From positions 1 through 53,176 of the IMG/VR virus record IMGVR_UViG_3300049172_000079: a stretch of DNA of 53,176 nucleotides; one strand, given 5' to 3'. The stretch comes from a virus. Taxonomy: Duplodnaviria; Caudoviricetes. Below the pieces are notes generated by a model. That model was given only the letters and a program-made list of their open reading frames with translations, did no database searches and was not told the DNA's origin. Shown one piece after another: positions 36,587 through 46,574 of this stretch (position 1 is its first letter; every line of letters begins with the position of its first letter). The translations under genes were made by a program, and so were the position numbers.

Positions 36587-37104
36587 CAGGACAGCGGAGC
36601 CACGAGCTTGGCCGGGGCCCGCTCGACCATCAGGTCACGGAGCAGGTAGACGACGGCGCCGAGCTGCGCGTTGGTGCCGACGTCGGCGACGTCGAGGCTG
36701 ATGTAGTCGTAGCCGTCCGACAGGGAGCGGCCGTCGACCTCGATCGCGATGATCTGCTGCTCCTCCGCCGAGGTGCCCGCTCCGCCGGGGTCGGCGATCG
36801 TCGCGGCGACGGCCTGGGTCTTCTTCACCCACTGCTCGTCGCCGTCGAGGGTCGCCTCGGCCTTGAGGTAGTAGTGGTCGATGCACGCCAGGTTCGCGGT
36901 CGTGCCGGCCGAAGCGGCGGTGTGCTGCTTCAGCGTGATCGTCGGGTCGTCACCGGCGGTGCCGGCGGCCTTGATGACGAGGATCGTGCAGCCGCCCGCG
37001 TTCCTGAGGGAGACGCGCTTGCCGGTGACGGCTGCGGCGGAGAGGTCGACGGGTGCGGCGCCGATGCTGACGTCGAAGAGTCGGCCGAGTGCTTCCATGG
37101 CCAT
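36586..37104 (-). CDS. Putative capsid cement/decoration protein
   Basis: Directly after the major capsid gene; beta-rich. Confidence 0.6.
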   Translation of the reverse strand: MAMEALGRLFDVSIGAAPVDLSAAAVTGKRVSLRNAGGCTILVIKAAGTAGDDPTITLKQHTAASAGTTANLACIDHYYLKAEATLDGDEQWVKKTQAVAATIADPGGAGTSAEEQQIIAIEVDGRSLSDGYDYISLDVADVGTNAQLGAVVYLLRDLMVERAPAKLVAPLS

Positions 37105-37149
37105 GGAGGTGTGTCCTTCCTGGGGTTGGGAGAGTTCCTGACCGGGGGG

Positions 37150-38511
37150 TCAGGAGGTCTCGGCCTTCAGCTCGACGAACGGGCTGAGCGTGTTGCCGCC
37201 GTTCTGCGGGGTGATCGCGGACTTCAGCCAGGGGCGGCCGTCGACGCGCTGGATGATGCGGAACGTCGTCTTGTCCGAGCCGAACTGGTAGTCGGTGGAC
37301 GAGTCGGCGGTCATGGTCTGGCGGTCACCGACGAGGTAGTAGCCCAGGTCGGTGAAGGCGAGGTCGCCGCGGGCGCCGAGGGTGCCGCCCTTCTCGCTGA
37401 TGATCAGCGGCCGTCCGAAGAGGGTCATCGGGTGCGGGGACGCGGCGTTGACGACGAACACGCTGTTGCCGCCGGTGCCGACCGACATGGCCATCTGGAG
37501 GAGCTGCGGCAGCGCGTCGGGGGCGCAGGTCCACACGGCGCGGGACAGGCTGGAGGGCAGCATGCGGGCGTACATGTTGACGACGTCCGCGTAGTTGATC
37601 TCGTTCGAGGTCGCACGCGGCACGGCGATCGCGGCGTCGTTCTGCGCGCCCCGGAAGCCCATCGGCTCGCCCACACCGGTGCCGGTCATGAACTTGGCGT
37701 CCTCTTCGAACGCCAGGGCCTGCGGCCACAGCCGCTCCAGCAGCCCCATGAACGAGATGATGGAGTCCTGGAGGAGCTCGTTCGGAACGGCGGAGAGGCC
37801 GGTCAGCTTCTTCGCGTCCAGCTCGATCCGCCCGAACGTCGGGTTCGAGTCGGTGAGCGCCGCGCCCTCCTCACCCCAGTAGGTGACCATGCCACCGAAC
37901 ACCGAGCCGCTGTTGGTCGTGGAGTCGATCATCGGGAACGGCACCCGGGCCGAGTCCATCGGGATGACCGTCGCCAGCGGGCGTACGATCGCCATCTCCA
38001 GCGCGATCTCCAGCAGCTGGCTGCGGAGCACTTCCGGCACCAGGAACCCACCATCGGCCGGCGACACCGACGAGGCGGCGTTGCGGAGCTCAGCGAGCTT
38101 GGCCCCGTCGGCGCGGGTGTTCTTGTGCCAGATGTTCCGCACGTAGTCGATGCCGTCCGCGAACAGCTTGTCGACGACGGCACCCGGGGCGGCCGCGTTG
38201 TGCGCAGTGCCCTGCCGGTGCGAGGTGAGCATGTTCGCCCGGCCGGCGCGGCCGTTCTGCGGGTCGAGGTTGAGGCGCTTGACCTGGCTGGTGTCCTGGT
38301 CGTGCGTGCGGAGGAAGTCAGCGAGCTGCTTCTGGGTCTCCTCGGCGACGAGCCGGTTCAGGTCGGTGCCGTCGCCCTGCTGCTTCTCGCTGTAGGCGGT
38401 GATGAAGTCCGCCAGCGCCTTGGGCGTCTCGACGACGTCCTTGGCCTTGGCCGGGTCCGCGAGCATCTCCGCCAGCTCGTCGGCGTTGCGCGGGATGGTG
38501 GGTGTTGCCAC
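37150..38511 (-). CDS. Major capsid protein (HK97 fold)
   Basis: DGGFLVPE, WGEEG, L.AKKL, SNELL.DS-like, F.TGTG.GEP.G, LFGRP, R.DG. Confidence 0.93.
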   Translation of the reverse strand: MATPTIPRNADELAEMLADPAKAKDVVETPKALADFITAYSEKQQGDGTDLNRLVAEETQKQLADFLRTHDQDTSQVKRLNLDPQNGRAGRANMLTSHRQGTAHNAAAPGAVVDKLFADGIDYVRNIWHKNTRADGAKLAELRNAASSVSPADGGFLVPEVLRSQLLEIALEMAIVRPLATVIPMDSARVPFPMIDSTTNSGSVFGGMVTYWGEEGAALTDSNPTFGRIELDAKKLTGLSAVPNELLQDSIISFMGLLERLWPQALAFEEDAKFMTGTGVGEPMGFRGAQNDAAIAVPRATSNEINYADVVNMYARMLPSSLSRAVWTCAPDALPQLLQMAMSVGTGGNSVFVVNAASPHPMTLFGRPLIISEKGGTLGARGDLAFTDLGYYLVGDRQTMTADSSTDYQFGSDKTTFRIIQRVDGRPWLKSAITPQNGGNTLSPFVELKAETS

Positions 38512-38522
38512 TGGTGCCTCCT

Positions 38523-39590
38523 TCAGGCTTCCGTCGCCGCGCTGGACGACGCCGTGGTGGTGGTGAGGTTGGAGACCAGCACCGACCACGCGTCGGGCTC
38601 GTCCTGGGTGAGGTGGGCGGTGAGCGCCGCCCACGCGTCTACGGGTTCAGCGGGCGCCTCCGGCTCCGGCTTGGTGGCCGGGTCGGGGGCGGGTTCGACG
38701 GGCGTCGTCTCAGCGACCGGCTCGACCGGCGCGGTGGCCTCGACGGGCGGGGCAGCGTCGCGCAGTGCGGCTTCCTTGCGGAGCACGGCGAGGATCTGCT
38801 CACCGACGGCGTCACCGATGTTGAAGGTGAGCGTCACTGACTCCGGCTGCTCGCTCTCGGCCTTCGGCTGCTCGTGGTGGGGGCCGGTGTAGCCGTAGGC
38901 GGCGAGGTCCCAGGCGCGGGCCATTTCCGGCTCGGGCTCCTCGTCGGGCTCGGTCGGCGTGCCTGCCTTCGGTGCCTGGACGGCTTCGTCAGCGAGACCG
39001 TTCTCGACCGCGTCCTCGGGGAGGTACCAGGTCTCGGCCTTCATCCGCTCGCGCCACTGCTCGCGGGTGCCGCCAGCCCTCTGAGCGTAGGCGTCCGCGA
39101 TGTTGTCCGAGATCAGGTCGAGGAGTTCGCCCATCTCGTCCATGTCGGAGGCGTTGCCCATGCAGAGGCCGGACGCGTCGTGGATCATCATCATCGAGTT
39201 GGGGGCCATCTCGATGCGGTCCCCGGCCATGGCGATGACGGAGGCGATCGACGCGGCGACCGCGTCCACCTGCACCGTGACGCTGGCCGGATGGGCGCGC
39301 AGCGCGTTGGCGATGGCGATGCCCTCGAACACGCTGCCGCCGGGCGAGTTGATCCGGACCCGCATCTTCGGCGACGTGATGCCCTTGAGTTCGGCGATCA
39401 GGTCGTCGGCTGTGTTGCCGAACCATCCGCCGATCTCGTCGTACAGCATCACCTCGGCCTCGTCTGCGTCGGCCGCGTTGCTGATGCGGTACCAGGAGCG
39501 GGCCTCGATGCCGAGGGTCTCGCGCTGCTTGTCTGCCTGCTCGCGCTGACGGGCGACGAGGCGGGCGACGTTGGTTGGCAGGGTGATCAT
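38523..39590 (-). CDS. ClpP-type prohead protease
   Basis: INSPGGSVFEG, AASIAS, MMIH, ETW, GLAD. Confidence 0.92.
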   Translation of the reverse strand: MITLPTNVARLVARQREQADKQRETLGIEARSWYRISNAADADEAEVMLYDEIGGWFGNTADDLIAELKGITSPKMRVRINSPGGSVFEGIAIANALRAHPASVTVQVDAVAASIASVIAMAGDRIEMAPNSMMMIHDASGLCMGNASDMDEMGELLDLISDNIADAYAQRAGGTREQWRERMKAETWYLPEDAVENGLADEAVQAPKAGTPTEPDEEPEPEMARAWDLAAYGYTGPHHEQPKAESEQPESVTLTFNIGDAVGEQILAVLRKEAALRDAAPPVEATAPVEPVAETTPVEPAPDPATKPEPEAPAEPVDAWAALTAHLTQDEPDAWSVLVSNLTTTTASSSAATEA

Positions 39591-41278
39591 TCGTCGTCCT
39601 CCGTCTTGCGTCGCTTGACCACGCGGCAGCGGCACTCGTTGCCGAACTCAGCGCCGACGCACTTCACGTAGCCGGAGCCGCCCGGGTAGTCCTTGTAGGC
39701 GGCGGCACGGTTGCGGTACAGCTGGCCGTCGTTGTCGCGGCACGGCTCGCAGGTGTTGTCGTCGATGACCGCGACGGCCTTCCACCGCTGCGCCGCCTCG
39801 ATGTCCTCGCCGGTGAGCCCGGCCACCGTCTCGGCCCACACGTCGGTCGGCTCGTCTTCCACCGGCTCGCCCTCTGCTGGCCCAGCCTCAGGCTTGGCCA
39901 GGGCGCGGCCACGGCGCGCGAGCTGCGCAGGCGGCGGCACGTTCAAGTCCAGGTTCGCGCCGGCCCGGTTGAGGATGTCGCGGGCTTCTTCCCAGGTGAT
40001 GCACACGTCGACGCCGAGGTAGATCGACTGGATCATGTCGCCGAGCTCGCGCGGGCTGATGCTGCCGTCCCCGCCCTGTGCTGCGGCGGTCTCCATCTCG
40101 GGCAGGCCGACGGCGGAGAGGATGCCCTCGGGTGCCCACATGCCCGTCTCGGCGAGCGCTTTCGCGGCGTTCGCCCGGGCGGTGAGCGTGGCGGCTTCGG
40201 TCTCGGGGTCTGGGGGGACGGGGTCGCAGTAGTCGAACTCCAGGCCGTGCGCGGTCGCGCCGAACATGGGCAGGAGCTCGAAGTTGAGGGCCGCCTTGAT
40301 GCGCTCCAGCCGGGGGATGGTCTGCTGCTCCGCGAACCACGCCTTCGCCGCCAGGGCGCTCGCGCGGTTGATGTCTTCGAAGTCGCCGATGGCGGACTTG
40401 CTGATGCCGTACGCCTCGCGGACCCGGTCGGCGGTGGCGCCGCGCAGCTCCACGAACTGCATGTCCCGCTGGCTGATGGTGCGGTCGATCCACTTGCCGT
40501 GTTCCAGGATCGCCACGCGGTGCGCGTTGCCGACGCCGCGGTGCTGCTCGTTCCAGCGTTCCCGCAGCTCGTCGAACTGCGGGTCACTGAGGGGGCTGGG
40601 GACCTCGATGATGCCGCCCGGCTGCGCGCTGTTGACGAAGAACGCCCGCGACCACTCCGCCGCGTACCGGGAGGTGTCCAGGTCCGGGAGGATCGACAGC
40701 ACCGGCGACAACCCGCGGTACGGGTCGAGCGGGTTCGGCCGGCGCAGCTGGATGACCTCGTCGAGTTCGAGGGGTATCTGCTCCCCGTCGGGCGACGTGT
40801 ACACGTAGCCCTTGAGGAACTTCTCGGGGTCGGGGACCGGGGTGATGCGGTCAGGGCGGACGGGCCACATCTCCAGCGGGATGTTCACGCCGGGATGGCG
40901 GGCGATGACCCACCAGGACTCGCCGGTGAGGTCGTAGTGCTGCGTGGAGGACTCGACGAACTCCTGCCGCGGCATGAACTTGTTCGGGGCGTTCCACAGG
41001 TCGAGGGCCGCGTGGGAGGTGACCTCGTCGCGGTCCTCGTCCCGGCCGGACTTGGCCTTGCGGTACAGCTTCCAGTCGACGAGCGCGGTGGCGTTGCTGG
41101 TGCGGTCGACGATCGCGAAGAGCGTGCCGACGGCGGACATGGCGCGCATCTGGCCTTCGGCGGTACGGCTGCTGCCGAAGATGCCGTAGCTCTGCGCGCG
41201 ACTCGCGAAGGGGACGGGCGTGTTGGTGGCCGTGCGGGCGACTGCGTTGGAGAGCGCGCCGAGGAGGGTTCTGGCCAC
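39587..41278 (-). CDS. Portal protein with C-terminal MuF-like domain
   Basis: PNKFM, YRGLSP, FF.NSAQPGG, DMQFVE; C-terminal DDNTC..C...NECRC. Confidence 0.92.
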   Translation of the reverse strand: MARTLLGALSNAVARTATNTPVPFASRAQSYGIFGSSRTAEGQMRAMSAVGTLFAIVDRTSNATALVDWKLYRKAKSGRDEDRDEVTSHAALDLWNAPNKFMPRQEFVESSTQHYDLTGESWWVIARHPGVNIPLEMWPVRPDRITPVPDPEKFLKGYVYTSPDGEQIPLELDEVIQLRRPNPLDPYRGLSPVLSILPDLDTSRYAAEWSRAFFVNSAQPGGIIEVPSPLSDPQFDELRERWNEQHRGVGNAHRVAILEHGKWIDRTISQRDMQFVELRGATADRVREAYGISKSAIGDFEDINRASALAAKAWFAEQQTIPRLERIKAALNFELLPMFGATAHGLEFDYCDPVPPDPETEAATLTARANAAKALAETGMWAPEGILSAVGLPEMETAAAQGGDGSISPRELGDMIQSIYLGVDVCITWEEARDILNRAGANLDLNVPPPAQLARRGRALAKPEAGPAEGEPVEDEPTDVWAETVAGLTGEDIEAAQRWKAVAVIDDNTCEPCRDNDGQLYRNRAAAYKDYPGGSGYVKCVGAEFGNECRCRVVKRRKTEDDE

Positions 41279-41294
41279 CTACCCCTCCTCTCAC

Positions 41295-41495
41295 CTACCT
41301 GTCGCCGAAGTGCACCCGGTTCATGACCAGGCACCCGAGTCCGGCTGCGACGAGACCAGCGATCAGGTGCCACACCATGGCGGCACTCGACAACAGAATG
41401 ATCCCAGTCATGTCAAGCAGGATCGGCATACTCCTATTCAGAACCTGCCTCCACCTGCGCATGCGCTCCTTGTGGCGGGTCTTCATGCTGGTCAC
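41295..41495 (-). CDS. Small membrane protein
   Basis: Two hydrophobic segments; GAGGAG RBS. Confidence 0.6.
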   Translation of the reverse strand: MTSMKTRHKERMRRWRQVLNRSMPILLDMTGIILLSSAAMVWHLIAGLVAAGLGCLVMNRVHFGDR

Positions 41496-41540
41496 GGGCG
41501 TCTCGTCTCCTCGATGGCGGCTTGTAGGGTCAAGACAGTC

Positions 41541-42854
41541 TCACAGCCAACGCACCCGAGGACGACCACCCAGGTCACGCGCGGCGACCATGTACCGGGC
41601 CGCATCGCAGCTGTGGTCATTCGCCTTCACCGGCTCCTCTTTCAACCCGGTCTGGTTGCCGGGCTTGACGGCCCACACGTAGCCGGACACTTCCTCGGCG
41701 AGGCCGATCGGGAGGGACTGCGCGTCCATCTCGGCATCGCGCTCCAGCAGCGCGTCCCGGAAGACGAACAGCCGCGGCCGGCCGTCAGGCTGCTCCTTGA
41801 GGCGTGCGCCGAACGCCTGGATCCCATCCGACACGGACTTGTGGGCGGCCTGCGTGCCCATACCCAGCTTCCGCTCCAGCGTGGCCCGGTCTTCGGCGTC
41901 GTGGTCGGTGATGATGGCGCGGGGCCGCGGCTGGTCCTTCAGGAGCCGGTCGCGGATCACGTTGGCGTGGTCCTCGACGAGCATCCGGGTGCGCACCCAC
42001 TCGCGGATCAGGTACAGCCGGCCGTCCGGGTCCTCGGCCCAGAGCTGCGCCACGAAGGGGTTTGTGAAGCCGAAGTCGACGCAGATCCAGCGGGGCCACT
42101 CCTCCGGCACGTCGAACGGCTCGATGACGTGGACGGGTTCCGACCAGCCCTCGTAGACGAGGCCTTCGGCGGCGGCCCAGATGCCGTCTCGGAAGCGCAA
42201 CCTGCGGACGCCGGTGAGGGCGTCGAGCTTGGCCATGTAGTCGATGCCGCGCTCGGTCAGGGTGCCGTCGGCGTTGACGTAGAGGGGATTGTCGCGGTGC
42301 AGGGAGTGCAGCATGCGCATGGTGCCGTCTTCACACCGCTGCTTGATCCAGTGCTTCGGATGGTCCGGGTTGCACGCGAGGATGATCTGCCGGTACGTGT
42401 CTGCGTTCCCGCGGAGCCGGGTGATCAGCGTCTCCAGGGCCTTGAGGCTGATCTGCGTGGCCTCGTCGATGTAGATCCGGGAGAACTCGGTACTGAGGAA
42501 TTTTTCGGGCCGGTCGAGGCCGCCGACGAGGATCTCAGCGCCGTTCGCGAACTGGTACGCCGCCGGCTTCCTAGGGCTTCCGCCGAACCACTTCACGACG
42601 CCCTCGGCGAGCGCAACGGGTGCGACCTGCTGCTCGAACGTCACCAGCGTGGAGCCGGTGAGCGAGGCGTGGGTCTGGCGGACGATCAGGGAGCGGCAGT
42701 TCGGCACCATCAGGCTCGTGTAGAACGCCTTCTGCAGCATCGCCAGGGACTTGCCGGTACCAGCCGGGCCGGCGATGCAGATCTCTTGGTCCCTGGCTGC
42801 GAGGAGGGTCTTGGCGCCGCCGCGCGGTTCGTACCGCACGACCGTCGCGGTCAC
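41541..42854 (-). CDS. terL: Terminase large subunit
   Basis: GPAGTGKS (Walker A), IYIDEA (Walker B), CVDFGF, NDHSCDAARY. Confidence 0.95.
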   Translation of the reverse strand: MTATVVRYEPRGGAKTLLAARDQEICIAGPAGTGKSLAMLQKAFYTSLMVPNCRSLIVRQTHASLTGSTLVTFEQQVAPVALAEGVVKWFGGSPRKPAAYQFANGAEILVGGLDRPEKFLSTEFSRIYIDEATQISLKALETLITRLRGNADTYRQIILACNPDHPKHWIKQRCEDGTMRMLHSLHRDNPLYVNADGTLTERGIDYMAKLDALTGVRRLRFRDGIWAAAEGLVYEGWSEPVHVIEPFDVPEEWPRWICVDFGFTNPFVAQLWAEDPDGRLYLIREWVRTRMLVEDHANVIRDRLLKDQPRPRAIITDHDAEDRATLERKLGMGTQAAHKSVSDGIQAFGARLKEQPDGRPRLFVFRDALLERDAEMDAQSLPIGLAEEVSGYVWAVKPGNQTGLKEEPVKANDHSCDAARYMVAARDLGGRPRVRWL

Positions 42855-43411
42855 ACGAGATCCTGCGGGTCAACACCCACCAGCTCGTACTTCACGCCGC
42901 CGGAGTGCTCGACCTTCGCCGGCTGGTCCAGACCCAGCAGCTTGCGCCTGCTCTCGTCGTTCTTCCGCCGCTGCTCGTCGATCTTGAGTAGGCGGTCGAT
43001 CGCCGCGAGGACGGGGGCGTCGTCGAGGATCGGTTCCCCGTCCAGGCGCACGACTTGCCCGTTGGACACGGTGACGTGATGCCGCTCCAGCACCTCACGC
43101 GCGGCCGTCTCCAGGTCGTTGAGGCGCACGAGCTCGGCGTCAAGGCGCTCCAACATCAGCGTGCGGAGGTTGTCGGCCGGCTCCTGGAGGGTCTCCTTCA
43201 GGGTGTTCTGGACGGCGTTGTAGGCGGTGTGGACGTCGATGTCGAAGTGTTCGGCGATGCGCCGGTAGGACCAGCCTTTGGCTTTGAGGTCGCAGGCTTC
43301 GGCGTTGCGGCGGGCGGTGTCGATGCTGCGGACGAACTTGCCGCGGTTGTTGCGGCCTTGGGCTTCGGCGCGTTCGCGTTGGGCGTCGGGGTCTCCTCCG
43401 CTGGTGGCCAC
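42851..43411 (-). CDS. Terminase small subunit (HTH)
   Basis: GWSYRRIAEHF...RRKLLGLDQP; coupled to terL. Confidence 0.8.
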   Translation of the reverse strand: MATSGGDPDAQRERAEAQGRNNRGKFVRSIDTARRNAEACDLKAKGWSYRRIAEHFDIDVHTAYNAVQNTLKETLQEPADNLRTLMLERLDAELVRLNDLETAAREVLERHHVTVSNGQVVRLDGEPILDDAPVLAAIDRLLKIDEQRRKNDESRRKLLGLDQPAKVEHSGGVKYELVGVDPQDLV

Positions 43412-43579
43412 GGCTGGTGCCCCCTTTGCTGGTGTGGTTACTGGTTGGCGTGCTTTGATGGTAACGATGCGTGCAACCGGGGTGGCGGCTCTGACGGCGG
43501 CGCGCATGACGGAGGCCCGTCTCCCCGCACTGGGCGTAGCGGGTTGAGACGGGCCTTCGACGTGCGAGGGGTCAGGCGG

Positions 43580-44050
43580 TCAGCCCTCCCAACCGCGGGC
43601 GACGTCCAGGGCGCGCTGCAGCGCGGACGCGAGCGGCAGGCGCTGCGCCTCCGGCAACACCACATCCACGGTGACCTGCTGCCCCGGACCATGGACCTCC
43701 GTGACGCCCACGAGCACCCCGCCGGTGCCCACAGCCACAAGGAGGGCCCCCGCAGGCAGGGCGGTGTCAGCCCACCACGTCCGCTCGTTGAGCGCCTGGA
43801 TCAGGGCGGGTAGTGCGGCTGTGGTGACGCCGACCTCCGCGACACCGCGGCTGTCCGGGCCGGTGATCCCGAACTCGTAGAGGCCGGACGCGTCGGGGCG
43901 GGTGATGCGGATCAACACCTCGGCGCAGCCGGGATCCTCGCGGAGCCCGGCGGGGATGACGCGGAGCGTGGTGCCCGCGTGGTCCGTCCAGTCCCAGGGC
44001 TGGGGGGTGAGTTCGGCGATGACGTTGTTGAGGGCGTCACGGAAGTCCAC
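43580..44050 (-). CDS. Hypothetical protein
   Basis: AAGGA RBS before GTG. Confidence 0.6.
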   Translation of the reverse strand: MDFRDALNNVIAELTPQPWDWTDHAGTTLRVIPAGLREDPGCAEVLIRITRPDASGLYEFGITGPDSRGVAEVGVTTAALPALIQALNERTWWADTALPAGALLVAVGTGGVLVGVTEVHGPGQQVTVDVVLPEAQRLPLASALQRALDVARGWEG

Positions 44051-44108
44051 GGCGGGTTCCTTTCGGTGGCGGTGGGTTGAGCGTATGGCGGGGGCCAAGC
44101 GGCGAGAG

Positions 44109-44414
44109 TCAGTTGGCGGGCTGCAGCAGATGGTCAATCTCGGCAACGAGCTGCACGTAGTGCGGGCCAGGCAGATCCAGTACCTCCCCCACGCCCTGTG
44201 GCGCGCCCGGCGGCCGAATCTCCCACCGCACGCCCTCCGTAGCCGGCCACACGTACAGGCGGTCCCCGCGCTTCGCCGCAGCCTGCTGCCCGGTCGCCTC
44301 AATCGGGATACGGACTTCGATGTAGTCCGACGTGGCGGTCGCGGCCCAGCCGAGGCGGGCGAGGTGGTTGGTGACCCGGGCGGTGAACCTCGGGTCCAGG
44401 GCGAGGACGGTCAC
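44109..44414 (-). CDS. Hypothetical protein
   Basis: GTG start coupled to the upstream small ORF. Confidence 0.5.
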   Translation of the reverse strand: MTVLALDPRFTARVTNHLARLGWAATATSDYIEVRIPIEATGQQAAAKRGDRLYVWPATEGVRWEIRPPGAPQGVGEVLDLPGPHYVQLVAEIDHLLQPAN

Positions 44415-44641
44415 TTGAGGGCTCCGTGTTCGCGGGCGGTGGTGAGGTGGTCGCGGATGGCGGCCATGGCGTCGTCGGTGGTGAGCCGGCCGGACGTCCA
44501 GGACGCCCAGACGGTGTTGATGTCGGCGAGGGCCTGCTGTGCGGCCTCGGTAGGGGTGGGGTCGTCCACGGGTTCTCCTTATGCGGCGAGGGCGTCGGCG
44601 AGGAGGTCGATGCGGGCGGCGATGGGCAGGTCGACGGGGGG

Positions 44642-44974
44642 TCAGGCGGCGAGGAGCATGCGTGCGGCGAGCTGGTGGTAGCAGCGGGAGCCCTTGATGC
44701 CGGCGGGGCACGAGCAGGCGGTGGGGGCGGTCTTGTAGGTCTCGGTGCCGTCCGAGCTGACGGCGATGAACACCACGCTGCGGAGGGGGACGATGGCGCC
44801 GTCCTCGATGAGCTCGCGGGCGGAGGCCACCTGGTGGGGCTTGTAGTCGGCGAGGTCGACGGCCGAGCGGCGGACCTTGGCGCGGCACTTGGGGCCGTAG
44901 CCGTCGGGCGAGGGGTTGCGGAGGGTGCGGCCGCAGCGGAGGCAGTTGGTGTGGGTGGTGGCTGCGGCGTTCAT
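44642..44974 (-). CDS. Double zinc-finger protein (CxxCGR..GYGPxC plus SWIM)
   Basis: CLRCGRTL...GYGPKC; CSC...CYH. Confidence 0.75.
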   Translation of the reverse strand: MNAAATTHTNCLRCGRTLRNPSPDGYGPKCRAKVRRSAVDLADYKPHQVASARELIEDGAIVPLRSVVFIAVSSDGTETYKTAPTACSCPAGIKGSRCYHQLAARMLLAA

Positions 44975-45004
44975 GTGGTCCCCCTCGTTCGTGGCGATGA
45001 CTAC

Positions 45005-45080
45005 ACAGTAGGCCTACCCAGTCCTCATGTCAACTGAGTTGGCCCATTGAGTTCGCCTACCGAGATGGCATACTGAGTCC
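45005..45080. promoter_or_regulatory. Divergent promoters with palindrome CAACTGAGTTG
   Basis: Minus strand TTGACA-N17-TACTGT; plus strand CATACT-N6-ATG; palindrome at 45031-45041. Confidence 0.65.
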
Positions 45081-45299
45081 ATGGCAGACACCGACGAGCA
45101 GAAGATCGCCGAAATCCGGAAGCTCACCGAACGCATGGCCGCCGACAAGGCCCGCATCTTCGAACTGATCCCGCAGGTCTTCCCCGAGAAGCGCGGCGAG
45201 CCGCCCGTACGCGGGCGCCTCAACGAGGTTGTGGCGGCGTCCGGGTTCACCCGCGAGTACGTCGCCCGCATCCGAGACGGGAAGGTGAAGCCGTCATGA
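45081..45299 (+). CDS. Small HTH protein (related to 2704..2952)
   Basis: LNEVVAASGFTREYVARI. Confidence 0.7.
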   Translation: MADTDEQKIAEIRKLTERMAADKARIFELIPQVFPEKRGEPPVRGRLNEVVAASGFTREYVARIRDGKVKPS

Positions 45300-45556
45300 G
45301 GAGCGCTGAAGAGATCCGTGCGCTGCGGAACGAGTTGGAGGACAACATCTTCGAACGCGGCTGGGACGCTTCTGTAGAAGCCGCCTCGCAGGCCCTGGCA
45401 TGGGTCCTCGGCAGCGACATCGAGGGAAACATCCGCCAGTACACGTTCCGTCCGGACGCCGAGCGGCGCCGTGAGTGGATCGCTCGTGGCGGCGACCCGA
45501 AGGACTGGCCGATCGAGCCGGAGCGCCCGGTGAGCAGCGAGGAGAAGACCGCGTGA
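45296..45556 (+). CDS. Hypothetical protein
   Basis: Coupled 86-aa ORF. Confidence 0.6.
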   Translation: MRSAEEIRALRNELEDNIFERGWDASVEAASQALAWVLGSDIEGNIRQYTFRPDAERRREWIARGGDPKDWPIEPERPVSSEEKTA

Positions 45557-45897
45557 CCGCCGGAATGATCGACTGCGCAGTGTTCACACCCGAGGACGAT
45601 GACGACACGGCGGCGGCCTGCAGCGCCTGCGGTCATCCGGCTTGCGAGGTATGCGGGGAGAAGCACGCCGTGTACGGCGGGACCGTCTGCGCCGGGTGCA
45701 TCGACCTACTCGACGATGATGACCAAGCGCACGAGCGAGAACTAACTGATGCCGCCCGGATCGGTTTTGAACAGGCTGGCGGCAGGGCAGGGCTGGCCCG
45801 CAACTGGGATCAGTGGATGGCCGAAGGAGACACGACCGGCAAACGGGCAGTCGAGGGCGTAGGCCCGGTGCGTCCGGGCGAGGAGCCCACCACATGA
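45553..45897 (+). CDS. Cys-rich hypothetical protein
   Basis: Three CxxC; coupled. Confidence 0.5.
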   Translation: MTAGMIDCAVFTPEDDDDTAAACSACGHPACEVCGEKHAVYGGTVCAGCIDLLDDDDQAHERELTDAARIGFEQAGGRAGLARNWDQWMAEGDTTGKRAVEGVGPVRPGEEPTT

Positions 45898-46148
45898 TCG
45901 AACCTGTGTATCGCGTCCGATGCGACGGTTCCGGTGAGGAGTGGGTGGCGGCGCCAGAGAGCCTCCCGCCTCCTGCGAAGGTTATGCACTTCGTCACCGT
46001 CGCTACATACGAGCGGGCGGCCAGGTTTGCCACGGAGGCGGATGCCGTACAGGGAGCCGTGAGCGCAGGCTGGCGGCCGACGGCGGATTGGCAGAAGTGG
46101 CTATGCCCCTCGTGCTACTTCATACAGGAGAAGCAGCCCACCGCATGA
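45894..46148 (+). CDS. Hypothetical protein
   Basis: GAGGAG RBS; CD...AGW...CPSC. Confidence 0.5.
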   Translation: MIEPVYRVRCDGSGEEWVAAPESLPPPAKVMHFVTVATYERAARFATEADAVQGAVSAGWRPTADWQKWLCPSCYFIQEKQPTA

Positions 46149-46190
46149 CGACGGCCCCGCCCAATCCGGGCGGGGCCGCTGCGTGTCCGT

Positions 46191-46574
46191 CTACGGCTCC
46201 GGCGTGATCTCCGCCGTCAACTCCTCGGTCACCTGGTCGATCGCCGCTTGCAGCTCGTCGTCCGACAGGCCGCCGCACGCGTTGTACCCGGGCGTGGCGT
46301 CGATCTCCTCCGAGTCGTCCAGCAACTCGGCCTTGATCCACGTCCGGCACTCCGGCGACACACTCACCGACGGGGAAGCCTCCGGCGCGGATGCGGCCAC
46401 GCTCGGGGTGGAGGTGGGCCCCGCGCTGGCCCTGCCGCTGCCGTCGTCGCGGGACTGCGCCACATACACGCCCGTCCCGACAATCGCGACGATCAACGCG
46501 GCAGCCGACCCGATGATGACCGCGTTCGTGCGGCTCCTCCGGGGCGGCGGGTAGTTCGGTGGCGGCTGGTGCAT
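46191..46574 (-). CDS. Single-TM membrane protein
   Basis: Pro-rich start, TM segment, S/P linker, two Cys. Confidence 0.6.
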   Translation of the reverse strand: MHQPPPNYPPPRRSRTNAVIIGSAAALIVAIVGTGVYVAQSRDDGSGRASAGPTSTPSVAASAPEASPSVSVSPECRTWIKAELLDDSEEIDATPGYNACGGLSDDELQAAIDQVTEELTAEITPEP

